This document shows, piece by piece, positions 10,290-18,695 of a stretch of 64,000 nt of DNA; the stretch's first letter is position 1; the number at the start of each line of letters is the position of its first letter. A program made the position numbers and the translations under genes. Origin of the DNA: a candidate division WOR-3 bacterium (GTDB lineage Bacteria > Hydrothermota > Tepidihabitantia > B3-TA06); NCBI GenBank assembly GCA_965649265.1, contig CBFGKC010000003.1, positions 1 through 64,000 of the forward strand, read 5' to 3'. Below the pieces are notes generated by a model. That model saw only the letters and a program-made list of their open reading frames with translations. It ran no database searches and had not been told where the DNA came from.

Positions 10290-11510
10290 TTGAAGACCGG
10301 GCTAGGTAAAATTAAAATAAATCAAGAGGACGGGGTAAAAGGCTTCGAGATGGTTAATGATCTTGTTTTAACGAAACTTAGAGAGATTCTTCGCCAAGGG
10401 GATACGGATAAAGCCATTGAATCCGCTCGGCAGGCGTTGAACCGGGAACGTAACCCGGGAAGACGTTCGGCACTGGCGTCATTCGCCGCCAAGATTCTCC
10501 TTGAAAGAGCGGAGTACACAAAAGCGCTTGAGTATGCCGAAGAGGCTCACGAACAAGCCAGGCTTGCCGATGATTACCTGTCGGTGTGCAAGGCCGCGAT
10601 CAGTATAGGAAGAATTTATTTCAGGACCAACAGGTATCTGGAGGCCGAGCAAGCGTGGCATGAAGCATTGAGCCTTGTCACCATCTACGGCGACACGAAA
10701 CTGCACGGTAGGGTTCTTCTTAACCTTGCCATACTCGATCAACATCATGGGAATCATTTACGTGCCCTGGACATACTCGAGAAGGCACGAACAATGCTTT
10801 ATGTGGCGGATGATACGGAAGGTCTTGTTACCTGCTACAGCCGTATGGTAGTTTCATATATGGAACAAAACAGGCCCGAGGATGCAATCCTTAGCAACGT
10901 AATTCTGAGAGATATTGCCGAGAAGACGAATAATCAGAAACTCATGGCGCAGGCCTGTTTCAGAGAAGGTGCGGTGCATCTTCAATTCGGGGAGTACAAG
11001 AAGGCGATTGAAAGATTGGAAACTTCCAAAGCTTTGTTTGAGTCGCTAGGCGATAAAGAAAACGTAGTTCATGTCTTATGTAGTATGATCATTGCGAGCC
11101 TCCAGATAGGACGCGGCAAGTATGCCGTTAAGCTTCTTAACGATGTTACACCGCTTGCAGAGGCTGTAAACACAAGAAGGGTAACGGGTGTGCTAAAGTT
11201 AGTATCCGCTGAATTGGCGGTTTTTGAGGGAAACCCTAGAAGAGCGATACGATTTTATGATGATTCCTTAAAGGTGTTTGCGGAGGGTGAAGAAGAAGAC
11301 AACTTCAGGTTTTTCCATTCTTGTCTGAGGAGAATCGCGGATAAGAATCTCCCTGGTTTTGCCGGATTAATAAAGCGTGCCCGAGGTAAGTATGAGCTGC
11401 TTGGATTGTTAAAGGAACTCAAGGAATTGGATTCTTTTTCCGAGAGTTTAAAGCGCGCTAAACCAAAACATGAGTCGGTAAGGGCTAGAAAACAAAGACG
11501 AAAAGGGTAG
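10290..11510 (+). CDS. Cytoplasmic tetratricopeptide-repeat protein (MalT/RRNPP-like TPRs)
   Basis: Repeated G.Y..A......A helical repeats at about 40-aa spacing; no signal peptide; basic C-terminal tail. Confidence 0.75.
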   Translation: MKTGLGKIKINQEDGVKGFEMVNDLVLTKLREILRQGDTDKAIESARQALNRERNPGRRSALASFAAKILLERAEYTKALEYAEEAHEQARLADDYLSVCKAAISIGRIYFRTNRYLEAEQAWHEALSLVTIYGDTKLHGRVLLNLAILDQHHGNHLRALDILEKARTMLYVADDTEGLVTCYSRMVVSYMEQNRPEDAILSNVILRDIAEKTNNQKLMAQACFREGAVHLQFGEYKKAIERLETSKALFESLGDKENVVHVLCSMIIASLQIGRGKYAVKLLNDVTPLAEAVNTRRVTGVLKLVSAELAVFEGNPRRAIRFYDDSLKVFAEGEEEDNFRFFHSCLRRIADKNLPGFAGLIKRARGKYELLGLLKELKELDSFSESLKRAKPKHESVRARKQRRKG

Positions 11511-11784
11511 CGATAAAAACCCGGCAGAGGAGCGCGTAAGATCGCGACGGATAGCTGGATTAGTAACTTATAACTTCCGAGGTATGGAAAAACGAGAAGA
11601 GCGCGTGTGGAGATTTCTAAGGGTTTAATTGAAGTTCTCAGGAAAAATGAAAAAAACTTCCTAAGGCTTTAGGCTTTATAAGCTCAGTCGCAGAAATTTG
11701 CGTTTTTAGACAAGCCTTATATAATCTTATAGCGGTGTGGAACAGGTGATTACGGGACAACTTCATTAAACCTGGAGGATAACC

Positions 11785-12093
11785 ATGAAAAAGAGCATAA
11801 CAATTGTTGTGCTTGCAATAGCTCTTCTCGGCATCTTCACCGGCAATCTGTGGGCCATTACAAAAACCGAAATCAGACAGGCAGTCGCCATTTGGTCAGG
11901 AGTACCAGTTGAACTAGTAACTGCCGTGACGCCGTTGGATGGTCTTGGTGGAAAGCAGTGGCCACCGGATTCGCCTACACTTATTCCTTCCTTGCAGCAA
12001 CTATCCGGGCAAACCATACCATCCTCGGTGTATATACCATGGGTGGATGTAGACGATATATTCGAAGACCTGGGCGCTGATGACGAGGAATGA
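11785..12093 (+). CDS. Small exported hypothetical protein (possible acyl-carrier-protein-like fold)
   Basis: GGAGG RBS; Sec signal MKKSITIVVLAIALLGIFTGNLWA; acidic C-terminus. Confidence 0.65.
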   Translation: MKKSITIVVLAIALLGIFTGNLWAITKTEIRQAVAIWSGVPVELVTAVTPLDGLGGKQWPPDSPTLIPSLQQLSGQTIPSSVYIPWVDVDDIFEDLGADDEE

Positions 12094-12130
12094 CGAAGAC
12101 AGACAATCAAGGTTGATAACAGTTTAAACT

Positions 12131-12167
12131 ATTATATAGCGCCAATAAAAACATTGGCGCTATATAA
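12131..12167. terminator. Perfect 16-bp inverted repeat, probable terminator
   Basis: attatatagcgccaat-aaaac-attggcgctatataat. Confidence 0.65.
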
Positions 12168-12202
12168 TTTAGCACAAACAACAATTAACTGGGAGGGGGG
12201 GC

Positions 12203-12230
12203 TTGACAAAAGGTGTCACTTTGGTATAAT
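12203..12230 (+). promoter_or_regulatory. Sigma70-type promoter with extended -10
   Basis: TTGACA-N16-TATAAT with TG preceding the -10. Confidence 0.8.
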
Positions 12231-12300
12231 TTTATATATGAGAGACAGATTGCATCTGTCCCTCCATAACTTAAACGACCTTCGAGGTCATGGAGGAAGA

Positions 12301-12405
12301 ATGGCTACAACGGCTAAAAAGCCTGCAAAAACAACAAAAAAAGCACCGGCTAAGAAAACAGCAGCAAAGAAAACAACTAAGACCGCAAAAAAATCTTCCA
12401 AATAA
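12301..12405 (+). CDS. 34-aa Lys/Ala/Thr-rich histone-H1-like small protein
   Basis: GGAGG RBS then MATTAKKPAKTTKKAPAKKTAAKKTTKTAKKSSK; dedicated promoter. Confidence 0.7.
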   Translation: MATTAKKPAKTTKKAPAKKTAAKKTTKTAKKSSK

Positions 12406-12622
12406 ACTGTTTTTAAATATCTTTTAAAAACAGTAATATCTGCTGACAGAAAAATTTTTTAGGGCAAGCAAGTCTTGCCCTATACTTTTTTCTTTCGACG
12501 CACGATAATGTTTCTCTGTTAACTTTATTGTCGAATCTAAACTCTTCTTGACAAAAGCACCCTTCCGTTTATAATTTGTGAACCAATCGTTGAAAACACT
12601 AATGATTGGACAAGGAGTACAC

Positions 12623-12961
12623 ATGCGTTTATTCGTAGGAAATCTTCCCCGTTCATACAATGAGGATAAAGTTCGCGAGATGTTTGCCTCATTTGGAGAA
12701 GTGTCCAACGTGGCGGTTCCCAAGGATCGCTACACAAATGCGCCGCGTGGTTTTGCCTTTGTGGAGATGCCGAACGACGACGAAGCGAAGGCCGCAATAG
12801 CGGCCGTCAACGGCAGCGAGCACGAAGGTCGTGAGATTAAGGTCGAAGAAGCACGCCCTCCAAGTGAGCGTGGCGACAGGGGCGACCGCGGTGGATACAA
12901 TCGCGGCGGCGGGTATAACCGTGAACGCCGCGGCGGCGACTCCAATCGCAATCGCTGGTAG
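12623..12961 (+). CDS. RRM-domain RNA-binding protein with Gly/Arg-rich tail (copy 1)
   Basis: RNP2 LFVGNL, RNP1 RGFAFVEM; AAGGAG RBS; promoter TTGACA(12548)-N16-TATAAT. Confidence 0.92.
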   Translation: MRLFVGNLPRSYNEDKVREMFASFGEVSNVAVPKDRYTNAPRGFAFVEMPNDDEAKAAIAAVNGSEHEGREIKVEEARPPSERGDRGDRGGYNRGGGYNRERRGGDSNRNRW

Positions 12962-13233
12962 CTTTCAGTAAAGCCACCACGTTGCTCTTGAGATTTTTCT
13001 TGTCGAGATCGACCAGAGGCAGAAAGTTTTCTGGTACTTTCTCTTAATCAAGTTAGGGGATCCTAACTTTTAGTAGTCGCCCTTAGTTTTTTGTTCTAAA
13101 AAACGACGCTTAAAGTCTACCTTTCCTTTGTCTCGCAAGTTACGTTTTTTTCGATCTTGACAACCTGATGTTTCTGATTATAATATAACTCAACGATCGC
13201 TCCTAAGTGCGATCGAACTAAGGAGTAACATAC

Positions 13234-13581
13234 ATGCGTTTATTCATAGGAAACCTTCCCCACTCGTATACCGAGGATAAGGTTCGCGAGATTTTCTCGC
13301 AGCACGGGGAAGTCTCCAACGTAGGGGTCCCCAAGGATCGCTACACCAACAGCCCTCGCGGTTTTGCCTTTGTGGAAATGCCGAATGACGAGGAAGCAAG
13401 AGCGGCCATAGCGGCCATCAACGGCACCGAGCACGACGGCCGTGAGATCAAGGTTGAAGAAGCCCGTCCCCCGCGCGAGCGTGGTGACCGCGGCGGCGCC
13501 CCCAGGGGCGGCGGCGGCGGCTTCAATCGTGAGCGTCGCGGTTCAGGCGGCGGCGGTGGTTACAACCGTAATCGCTGGTAA
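13234..13581 (+). CDS. RRM-domain RNA-binding protein with Gly/Arg-rich tail (copy 2)
   Basis: LFIGNL / RGFAFVEM; promoter TTGACA(13157)-N16-TATAAT. Confidence 0.92.
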   Translation: MRLFIGNLPHSYTEDKVREIFSQHGEVSNVGVPKDRYTNSPRGFAFVEMPNDEEARAAIAAINGTEHDGREIKVEEARPPRERGDRGGAPRGGGGGFNRERRGSGGGGGYNRNRW

Positions 13582-13672
13582 ACAATCAATGTATACCTAT
13601 CCCTCTCTTCCAGAGGTTTCCCTCGTTGTTCTTGACCGGAATTTGATCTAGATCGATTAGGGTAGGTAGTTT

Positions 13673-13708
13673 GTAGCGCCAGCCACACGGCTGGCGCTAC
13701 CTTTTTTT
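13673..13708 (+). terminator. Rho-independent terminator
   Basis: gtagcgccagcc-acac-ggctggcgctac followed by a T-tract. Confidence 0.8.
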
Positions 13709-13740
13709 CACACCAGAGAAGCAGTCCTCATTTCAATGCT

Positions 13741-13780
13741 ATACCCCAAGAAAACGTGTCACCTTTTCTCGGGGACCCCG
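13741..13780 (-). repeat. GGGGTCCCC-hairpin-GGGGT repeat element
   Basis: Reverse complement: cGGGGTCCCCgagaaaaggtgacacgttttcttGGGGTat. Confidence 0.6.
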
Positions 13781-14033
13781 TATCGAACAATTGTCAAATA
13801 ATCCATTCGTAATCAAGGTCTCTGTTAATCGAATCAGGTCTCTATCAATCCGCTATAAGACCAATGAATTGTCGCGCTTACAGCGACAGAGCCCGGAAAT
13901 ATAGGCTGGCTTTAAGGCTGTGATCGTGTGGTTTTGCAAGTTACGTTTTTACTTGCCTTGACAAGGGTCTTTTCCTGACTATAATATACTCAACGGTTAC
14001 TGAAAATGGTAACCGATTTAAGGAGTAACATAC

Positions 14034-14369
14034 ATGCGTTTATTCATAGGAAACCTTCCCCACTCGTATACCGAGGATAAGGTTCGCGAGATTTTCTCGC
14101 AGCACGGGGAAGTCTCCAACGTAGGGGTCCCCAAGGATCGCTACACCAACAGCCCTCGCGGTTTTGCCTTTGTGGAAATGCCGAATGACGAGGAAGCAAG
14201 AGCGGCCATTTCGGCCATCAGCGGAACAGAACACGACGGTCGTGAGATCAAGGTTGAAGAGGCCCGTCCTCCGCGCGAGCGCGGCGAACATTCAGGCGGC
14301 TTCAATCGTTCGAGCGGCGGCGGTTACAACCGCGACCGCGCACCCAGCTACGACCGCAAACGCTGGTAA
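14034..14369 (+). CDS. RRM-domain RNA-binding protein (copy 3)
   Basis: LFIGNL / RGFAFVEM; 5' part identical in DNA to copy 2; promoter TTGACA(13958)-N16-TATAAT. Confidence 0.92.
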   Translation: MRLFIGNLPHSYTEDKVREIFSQHGEVSNVGVPKDRYTNSPRGFAFVEMPNDEEARAAISAISGTEHDGREIKVEEARPPRERGEHSGGFNRSSGGGYNRDRAPSYDRKRW

Positions 14370-14438
14370 ACAACCAATGAATACCTTCCTCGTTTTTCTT
14401 GACCGAATTTTGATCTAGATCGATTAGGGTAGGTAATT

Positions 14439-14466
14439 AAGTGGCCGGTCGCAAGACCGGCCACTT
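14439..14466. terminator. Hairpin terminator between convergent genes
   Basis: aagtggccggtc-gcaa-gaccggccactt. Confidence 0.7.
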
Positions 14467-14518
14467 TAATTTATCCCTGAAGATTCCGGGATAGACTCTT
14501 GAGGGGATTAATTGAAGC

Positions 14519-14878
14519 TCATTTTGGTGTCGGCGGCTCCGTGTCCCCTTTGCATTCCCCGCTCTCCTCCTTTGGTTCCTTGAATTTGGAAAACGCGTTC
14601 TTGAGGCCGGCCTTGAGCGCATCCCACGAGTGGTCAAGACCTTCCTTGAACTCGTCCCATGCCGCGTCGCTCGTCTCGCTGAGCTCTTTCATCTTTGCCT
14701 TGAGACGGTCGCGCTCCACCTTGAGTTCCTCTATCTTCTCCTTCGCCTTGACTTTCGCCGCATCCGCAGCGCTGTCGGCCCTGGCATCGAGCTTCACTAG
14801 CTCCTCGTCTATCTCGCGGAACTTCTCCTGCATCAGTTCGATGAAGTCTTTCTTCAACTGTTCTTCTTTTTCTCCCAT
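14519..14878 (-). CDS. Small coiled-coil hypothetical protein (Sll1863-like stress protein)
   Basis: Helical, with SDAAWDEFKEGLDHSWDALKAG motif; AGGAG RBS before ATG 14878. Confidence 0.65.
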   Translation of the reverse strand: MGEKEEQLKKDFIELMQEKFREIDEELVKLDARADSAADAAKVKAKEKIEELKVERDRLKAKMKELSETSDAAWDEFKEGLDHSWDALKAGLKNAFSKFKEPKEESGECKGDTEPPTPK

Positions 14879-14994
14879 GGGTGTTCTCCTTTTTGGTTTT
14901 TCGAAATATACCCCCAGGCGCCGCCCTGTCAAGCAGCATCAGCAATCTAGTGATCGGGCATTTGATGGGACTCGATCGAATTGAAATATAAAAA

Positions 14995-15196
14995 CGGGCC
15001 GACCTTAAGGTAGGCCCCTGAATCTTTTTTGAAGACGGGGTCCCCACGAAATTGCGAAGTAATTTTGTGGGGTAAAAGACGGGGTCCCCACGAAATCGCG
15101 ACCCGTTCTCAAGAACGGCGTGATTCTTGTGAGGTGAAAGAGGGGGTCCCCAAACGGAGACGGCGCATCGAAATGATGCGAAGTATCCGTTTGGGG
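14995..15196. repeat. GTAG-type REP-like hairpin plus three tandem GGGGTCCCC elements
   Basis: cgggccgacc-ttaa-ggtaggccc; then gacGGGGTCCCCacgaaat twice (15037, 15081) and GGGGTCCCCaaacgga (15143), each with a hairpin closing on GGGG/GAGG. Confidence 0.7.
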
Positions 15197-15201
15197 CTTA
15201 T

Positions 15202-16998
15202 TTATTCCGGTATCGTCGCGATTATCTTCGCATCGACCTTGAACTTCTTTAGGAACGCGCGGCGCTCTTCCTTCATCTTTTTTACCCAGGCTTTGTAGAT
15301 GTCCATCTTGCCCATGCGCTCGAAAAACAGCACCGGGTTCATAATCTCAGCCGGCACTTTTTCGCAAAGCTCCCGGTTCGCCTTGTTGTTTACGTCCACT
15401 ATCTCGTAGCCGAAGTCGGGGTCGAGTTTCCATGCGATCTTTCCCAGAAGCAGCGCCTCCAGCATCGCGGAGGAGTGTTTTATTTTCACCTTAAGGGCCT
15501 TTCCCTGCTCGACATCCAGCTGGTCGCCGCCCACGTAGCCGGTGTTCATCATCCAGTTCTCCAGATCGGAGATGTCGGCGGCGAGTTCGGAGAACCTCAC
15601 AGCCTGAAGACCCATCGCGCGAGGGAAGAAGGGCTGCGTGAATGGTGAGCGTGTTCTGCCGCGCTCCTTGCCCGCTGCAGAGGTCTTCGAGGTCTCGCCG
15701 AGCATGAAGTAGGCCGCGGCCTGATCCATCGAAACGAATCGCACTATGCCGGGCGTAGCAGCATCAGGGCCCTCGTCGCGGTTCAGGATGCCTATCGAGC
15801 GCAGGGGCGGAATATCCAATAAATCCGCGGCGCCGTCTATCTTCGACATAGGGACTACCGAACGGCCGTTCTGAGTCCACACGAGAAAATCCCAGCCGTC
15901 CTCGGGGATGCCGTGCTCGTTTACTTTATCCTCGAACTTCACCTTGCCCGATACGTAAGCGTCGATGTTCTCAGCCGACGAGCCCGTTATAACGAGATAG
16001 GTCCTGAACCTTCGCACCTCGTCAGGCGTCATGCGGGTCTTGGAAAAGTCATAGGCGCCTTCGGCGTCCGTGTATACGTTCTCGACCCATGCCGCGGGAT
16101 CAAGGGTACCCTTGTAGATTATGGGTTCAGTCTGTCTTGTGAGCCCGAAGGTCTTTGCAAACGCGCCGTTCTCCGTTATCGATATCCTGCCCTTGGGCCA
16201 GAGGCAGATCATATCGTCCTGTATGGGCTGGCTCGTCTCGCCCTGCTTGGAGAAAGTCGTCGTCGTTTTCCCAGTGCCCGAAAGTCCCATGATGGCCATC
16301 GTCAAACGCTTCTCGCCGATCTTGACGGCCTTCGCGCCTGCGTGCATGACAAGTCCCGCTCTCTGGTAAACGTAATCGTTCAGCATTCTTAAAGCCGACT
16401 TCTTGGACTCGCCGAAGTAGTCGGCGCCCACAATCCACGTGGTCCAATTCTCCAGGTCCACGAGCATGGCCTGCTTGCCAGGCATGTTGCAGAGCGGAAA
16501 CTCGGGAACCATAACGACGCGGATGACCGGCTTGAAAACCTTTGAGCGCTCCTCAGACGATTCTACATCCTCACGCGGAAAACAAAGCACCTGCTGCATG
16601 CCGGCCACGTTGGCCCCGGGCATGGTGTAGAGCCACTGAATCGGGAAGCGCTCCGCCGCATCCTCGGATACTCCGTAGTATCCCTGGATCTCGATGAGTC
16701 TGCCCTGTCGCTCGATGTAATCCCATACGCCGCAGAGTATCTCGTCGAGCTTCTCGGGCGGAATCGTCGCGCTCGAATAAAGCGCCTTGTCCTTGTCGGG
16801 CGCGACTATATAGGTATACTGCGCCATTCTAGCCTTGTTGCGGGCGATCTTGTTTATATTGCCGTGCTTGGTCATGTAGCAGGCTGGAGTGTGTTCTATC
16901 GCAAGACGCCTCAGCTCTTTCTGTGACGGGTTCTTGATGTAAATGACGTTAAAGGGGTGCGGGTTAACGGATGGCGGCACCCTTGATGGTACTGACAT
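15202..16998 (-). CDS. pckA: Phosphoenolpyruvate carboxykinase (ATP)
   Basis: YFGESKK, MHAG, P-loop GLSGTGKTT, QDD, ENGAFAKT and NTG motifs. Confidence 0.85.
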   Translation of the reverse strand: MSVPSRVPPSVNPHPFNVIYIKNPSQKELRRLAIEHTPACYMTKHGNINKIARNKARMAQYTYIVAPDKDKALYSSATIPPEKLDEILCGVWDYIERQGRLIEIQGYYGVSEDAAERFPIQWLYTMPGANVAGMQQVLCFPREDVESSEERSKVFKPVIRVVMVPEFPLCNMPGKQAMLVDLENWTTWIVGADYFGESKKSALRMLNDYVYQRAGLVMHAGAKAVKIGEKRLTMAIMGLSGTGKTTTTFSKQGETSQPIQDDMICLWPKGRISITENGAFAKTFGLTRQTEPIIYKGTLDPAAWVENVYTDAEGAYDFSKTRMTPDEVRRFRTYLVITGSSAENIDAYVSGKVKFEDKVNEHGIPEDGWDFLVWTQNGRSVVPMSKIDGAADLLDIPPLRSIGILNRDEGPDAATPGIVRFVSMDQAAAYFMLGETSKTSAAGKERGRTRSPFTQPFFPRAMGLQAVRFSELAADISDLENWMMNTGYVGGDQLDVEQGKALKVKIKHSSAMLEALLLGKIAWKLDPDFGYEIVDVNNKANRELCEKVPAEIMNPVLFFERMGKMDIYKAWVKKMKEERRAFLKKFKVDAKIIATIPE

Positions 16999-17251
16999 CT
17001 CTCCTCCTTGGGAAATGGGTTAGGTTCAGCATTGCGAGAATTATTGTACTCAAAGAACCTTGAAAGGCAAGCCGGGCTTCTTATATCGAGCGATTGACTG
17101 CAATCGGGGGGGGGAGGGTCGGTTGAGCCAAAATCTGACCAGCAGGCACAGAAATCTCAGTGAGAATCGAACGATAGGCTTTGGAGCCGAACGATTGGGT
17201 ACCCCCGGAGCAGATGGCGAACCGCGTCGTTAATGATCGGAATGATAGTGG

Positions 17252-18475
17252 TTAATTCGCTGCAACACCCCTCCTCCCCCTCTGTGTGATTATGAAAATC
17301 ACACCAGCGAGCAAGGAGAGGCCTGCGCCCGTATAGAACGCGATCTGCGGGGAGACCTTGTCCCAGAGAAGCCCGAACACGAGGCTTGCCGGGAAGAGCG
17401 CGAGCCCGATCATGGTCTCGAATATCCCGTAAGCGGTCGCGCGGCGCTCCGCCGGGACGAGGTCGGCTATGAATGCGCGGAACACGCCGTCCGAAAGCCC
17501 GTGGTGGATGCCGTACGCGGCAAAAAGCAGCCACATGGCCAGCGGAGTCGCGAAATTTCCGAACAGAAAATAGACTATCGAATAGATCACAAAGGAGAGC
17601 ATGATGACCCAGCGCCTGCCTATCTTATCCGAAAGGTGGCCGAATATGGGGCTCGAGAGCGCTGCAACGGCGCTGTAAACGGTCCAGATCAAGGGCACGA
17701 GCGCCAGGCTTATGCCCGAATCCTGCGCCCTCAGTAAAAGGAAGGCGTTCGATGAGTTGCCGAGCGTGAAGACGACCATTGCGACCGCGAACCAGATGAA
17801 CCGGGGATCCAGAGGTCCGTCCTTCCTCGCCTCCCTGACCGTCCTCGAAAGGGCTCGAATCTCCTTTACAAAAAAGATGAAAGAGACGCCTATCAAGGCG
17901 GGTATCACGGACAAAAGAAAGACGAGCCGGACGTTGTTGTGCGAAAGGCAAAGGATAAGCATCGCGAGGAGCGGGCCCGACGCCGCTCCCAGATTGTCCA
18001 TCGCGCGCTGGAAGCCGAATCCGAGGCCGCGCCTTTTCTTCGATACCGACTGTGAGAGAAGTGCGTCGCGCGCAGGCGAGCGCAGCCCTTTTCCCGTCCG
18101 ATCGCCGAATCTCACTCCGAGCACGGCGCTCCAGTGCCCGGCCAGGAAGAGAAAGGGCTTTGATATCGCCGACAGGGTGTATCCAATAATCACGAAAAGC
18201 TTGCGATTCTTGAGCTTGTCTGAAAGCCAGCCGAACAGGGATTTAGAAAGCGCTGCCGTGGCCTCGGCAATGCCCTCTATCAAACCCACGAGAGTCGAAG
18301 TCGCGCCGAGAGATCGTAAAAAGCCGGGGATGAGTGAATAGATCATCTCACTCGAGATGTCGGTAAACAAACTCACCATGCCGAAGAGAAGCACGTTGCG
18401 TCTGCCTTCTCTGGGCGGTTTGCCGTTGCTAGTCGTAGCCTCTAAGCCGTTTTTTGCCGTTTCATCTTTATTCAT
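17252..18475 (-). CDS. MFS transporter
   Basis: 12-TM pattern; SLFTDISSEM, GWLSDK, GHLSDKIGRR. Confidence 0.9.
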   Translation of the reverse strand: MNKDETAKNGLEATTSNGKPPREGRRNVLLFGMVSLFTDISSEMIYSLIPGFLRSLGATSTLVGLIEGIAEATAALSKSLFGWLSDKLKNRKLFVIIGYTLSAISKPFLFLAGHWSAVLGVRFGDRTGKGLRSPARDALLSQSVSKKRRGLGFGFQRAMDNLGAASGPLLAMLILCLSHNNVRLVFLLSVIPALIGVSFIFFVKEIRALSRTVREARKDGPLDPRFIWFAVAMVVFTLGNSSNAFLLLRAQDSGISLALVPLIWTVYSAVAALSSPIFGHLSDKIGRRWVIMLSFVIYSIVYFLFGNFATPLAMWLLFAAYGIHHGLSDGVFRAFIADLVPAERRATAYGIFETMIGLALFPASLVFGLLWDKVSPQIAFYTGAGLSLLAGVIFIITQRGRRGVAAN

Positions 18476-18695
18476 TAAAACACCTGTGGTTTAGAATTCG
18501 ATAATACTAAGTGGAAGCGTTTATTTGTCAAACTTGTCGACTAAAGTAAACATTACGGTTCGGCCTTTCTAATACAACACTTGACAACATGAACATGCGA
18601 CGTAAGCTTATACATTATTAAGCCTTTAGCTTGCTAGAGCTTCTGGCGATCTGGGATTTTCATGTTATGAGAAACTTTACCCAAGGAGGAGTATT

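Noticed and set aside
15031-15196. Possible mini CRISPR array (gacggggtccccacgaaat repeated)
   Set aside because: Only 2-3 units, irregular spacing, the spacers are themselves hairpins, no cas genes; the same element is dispersed elsewhere
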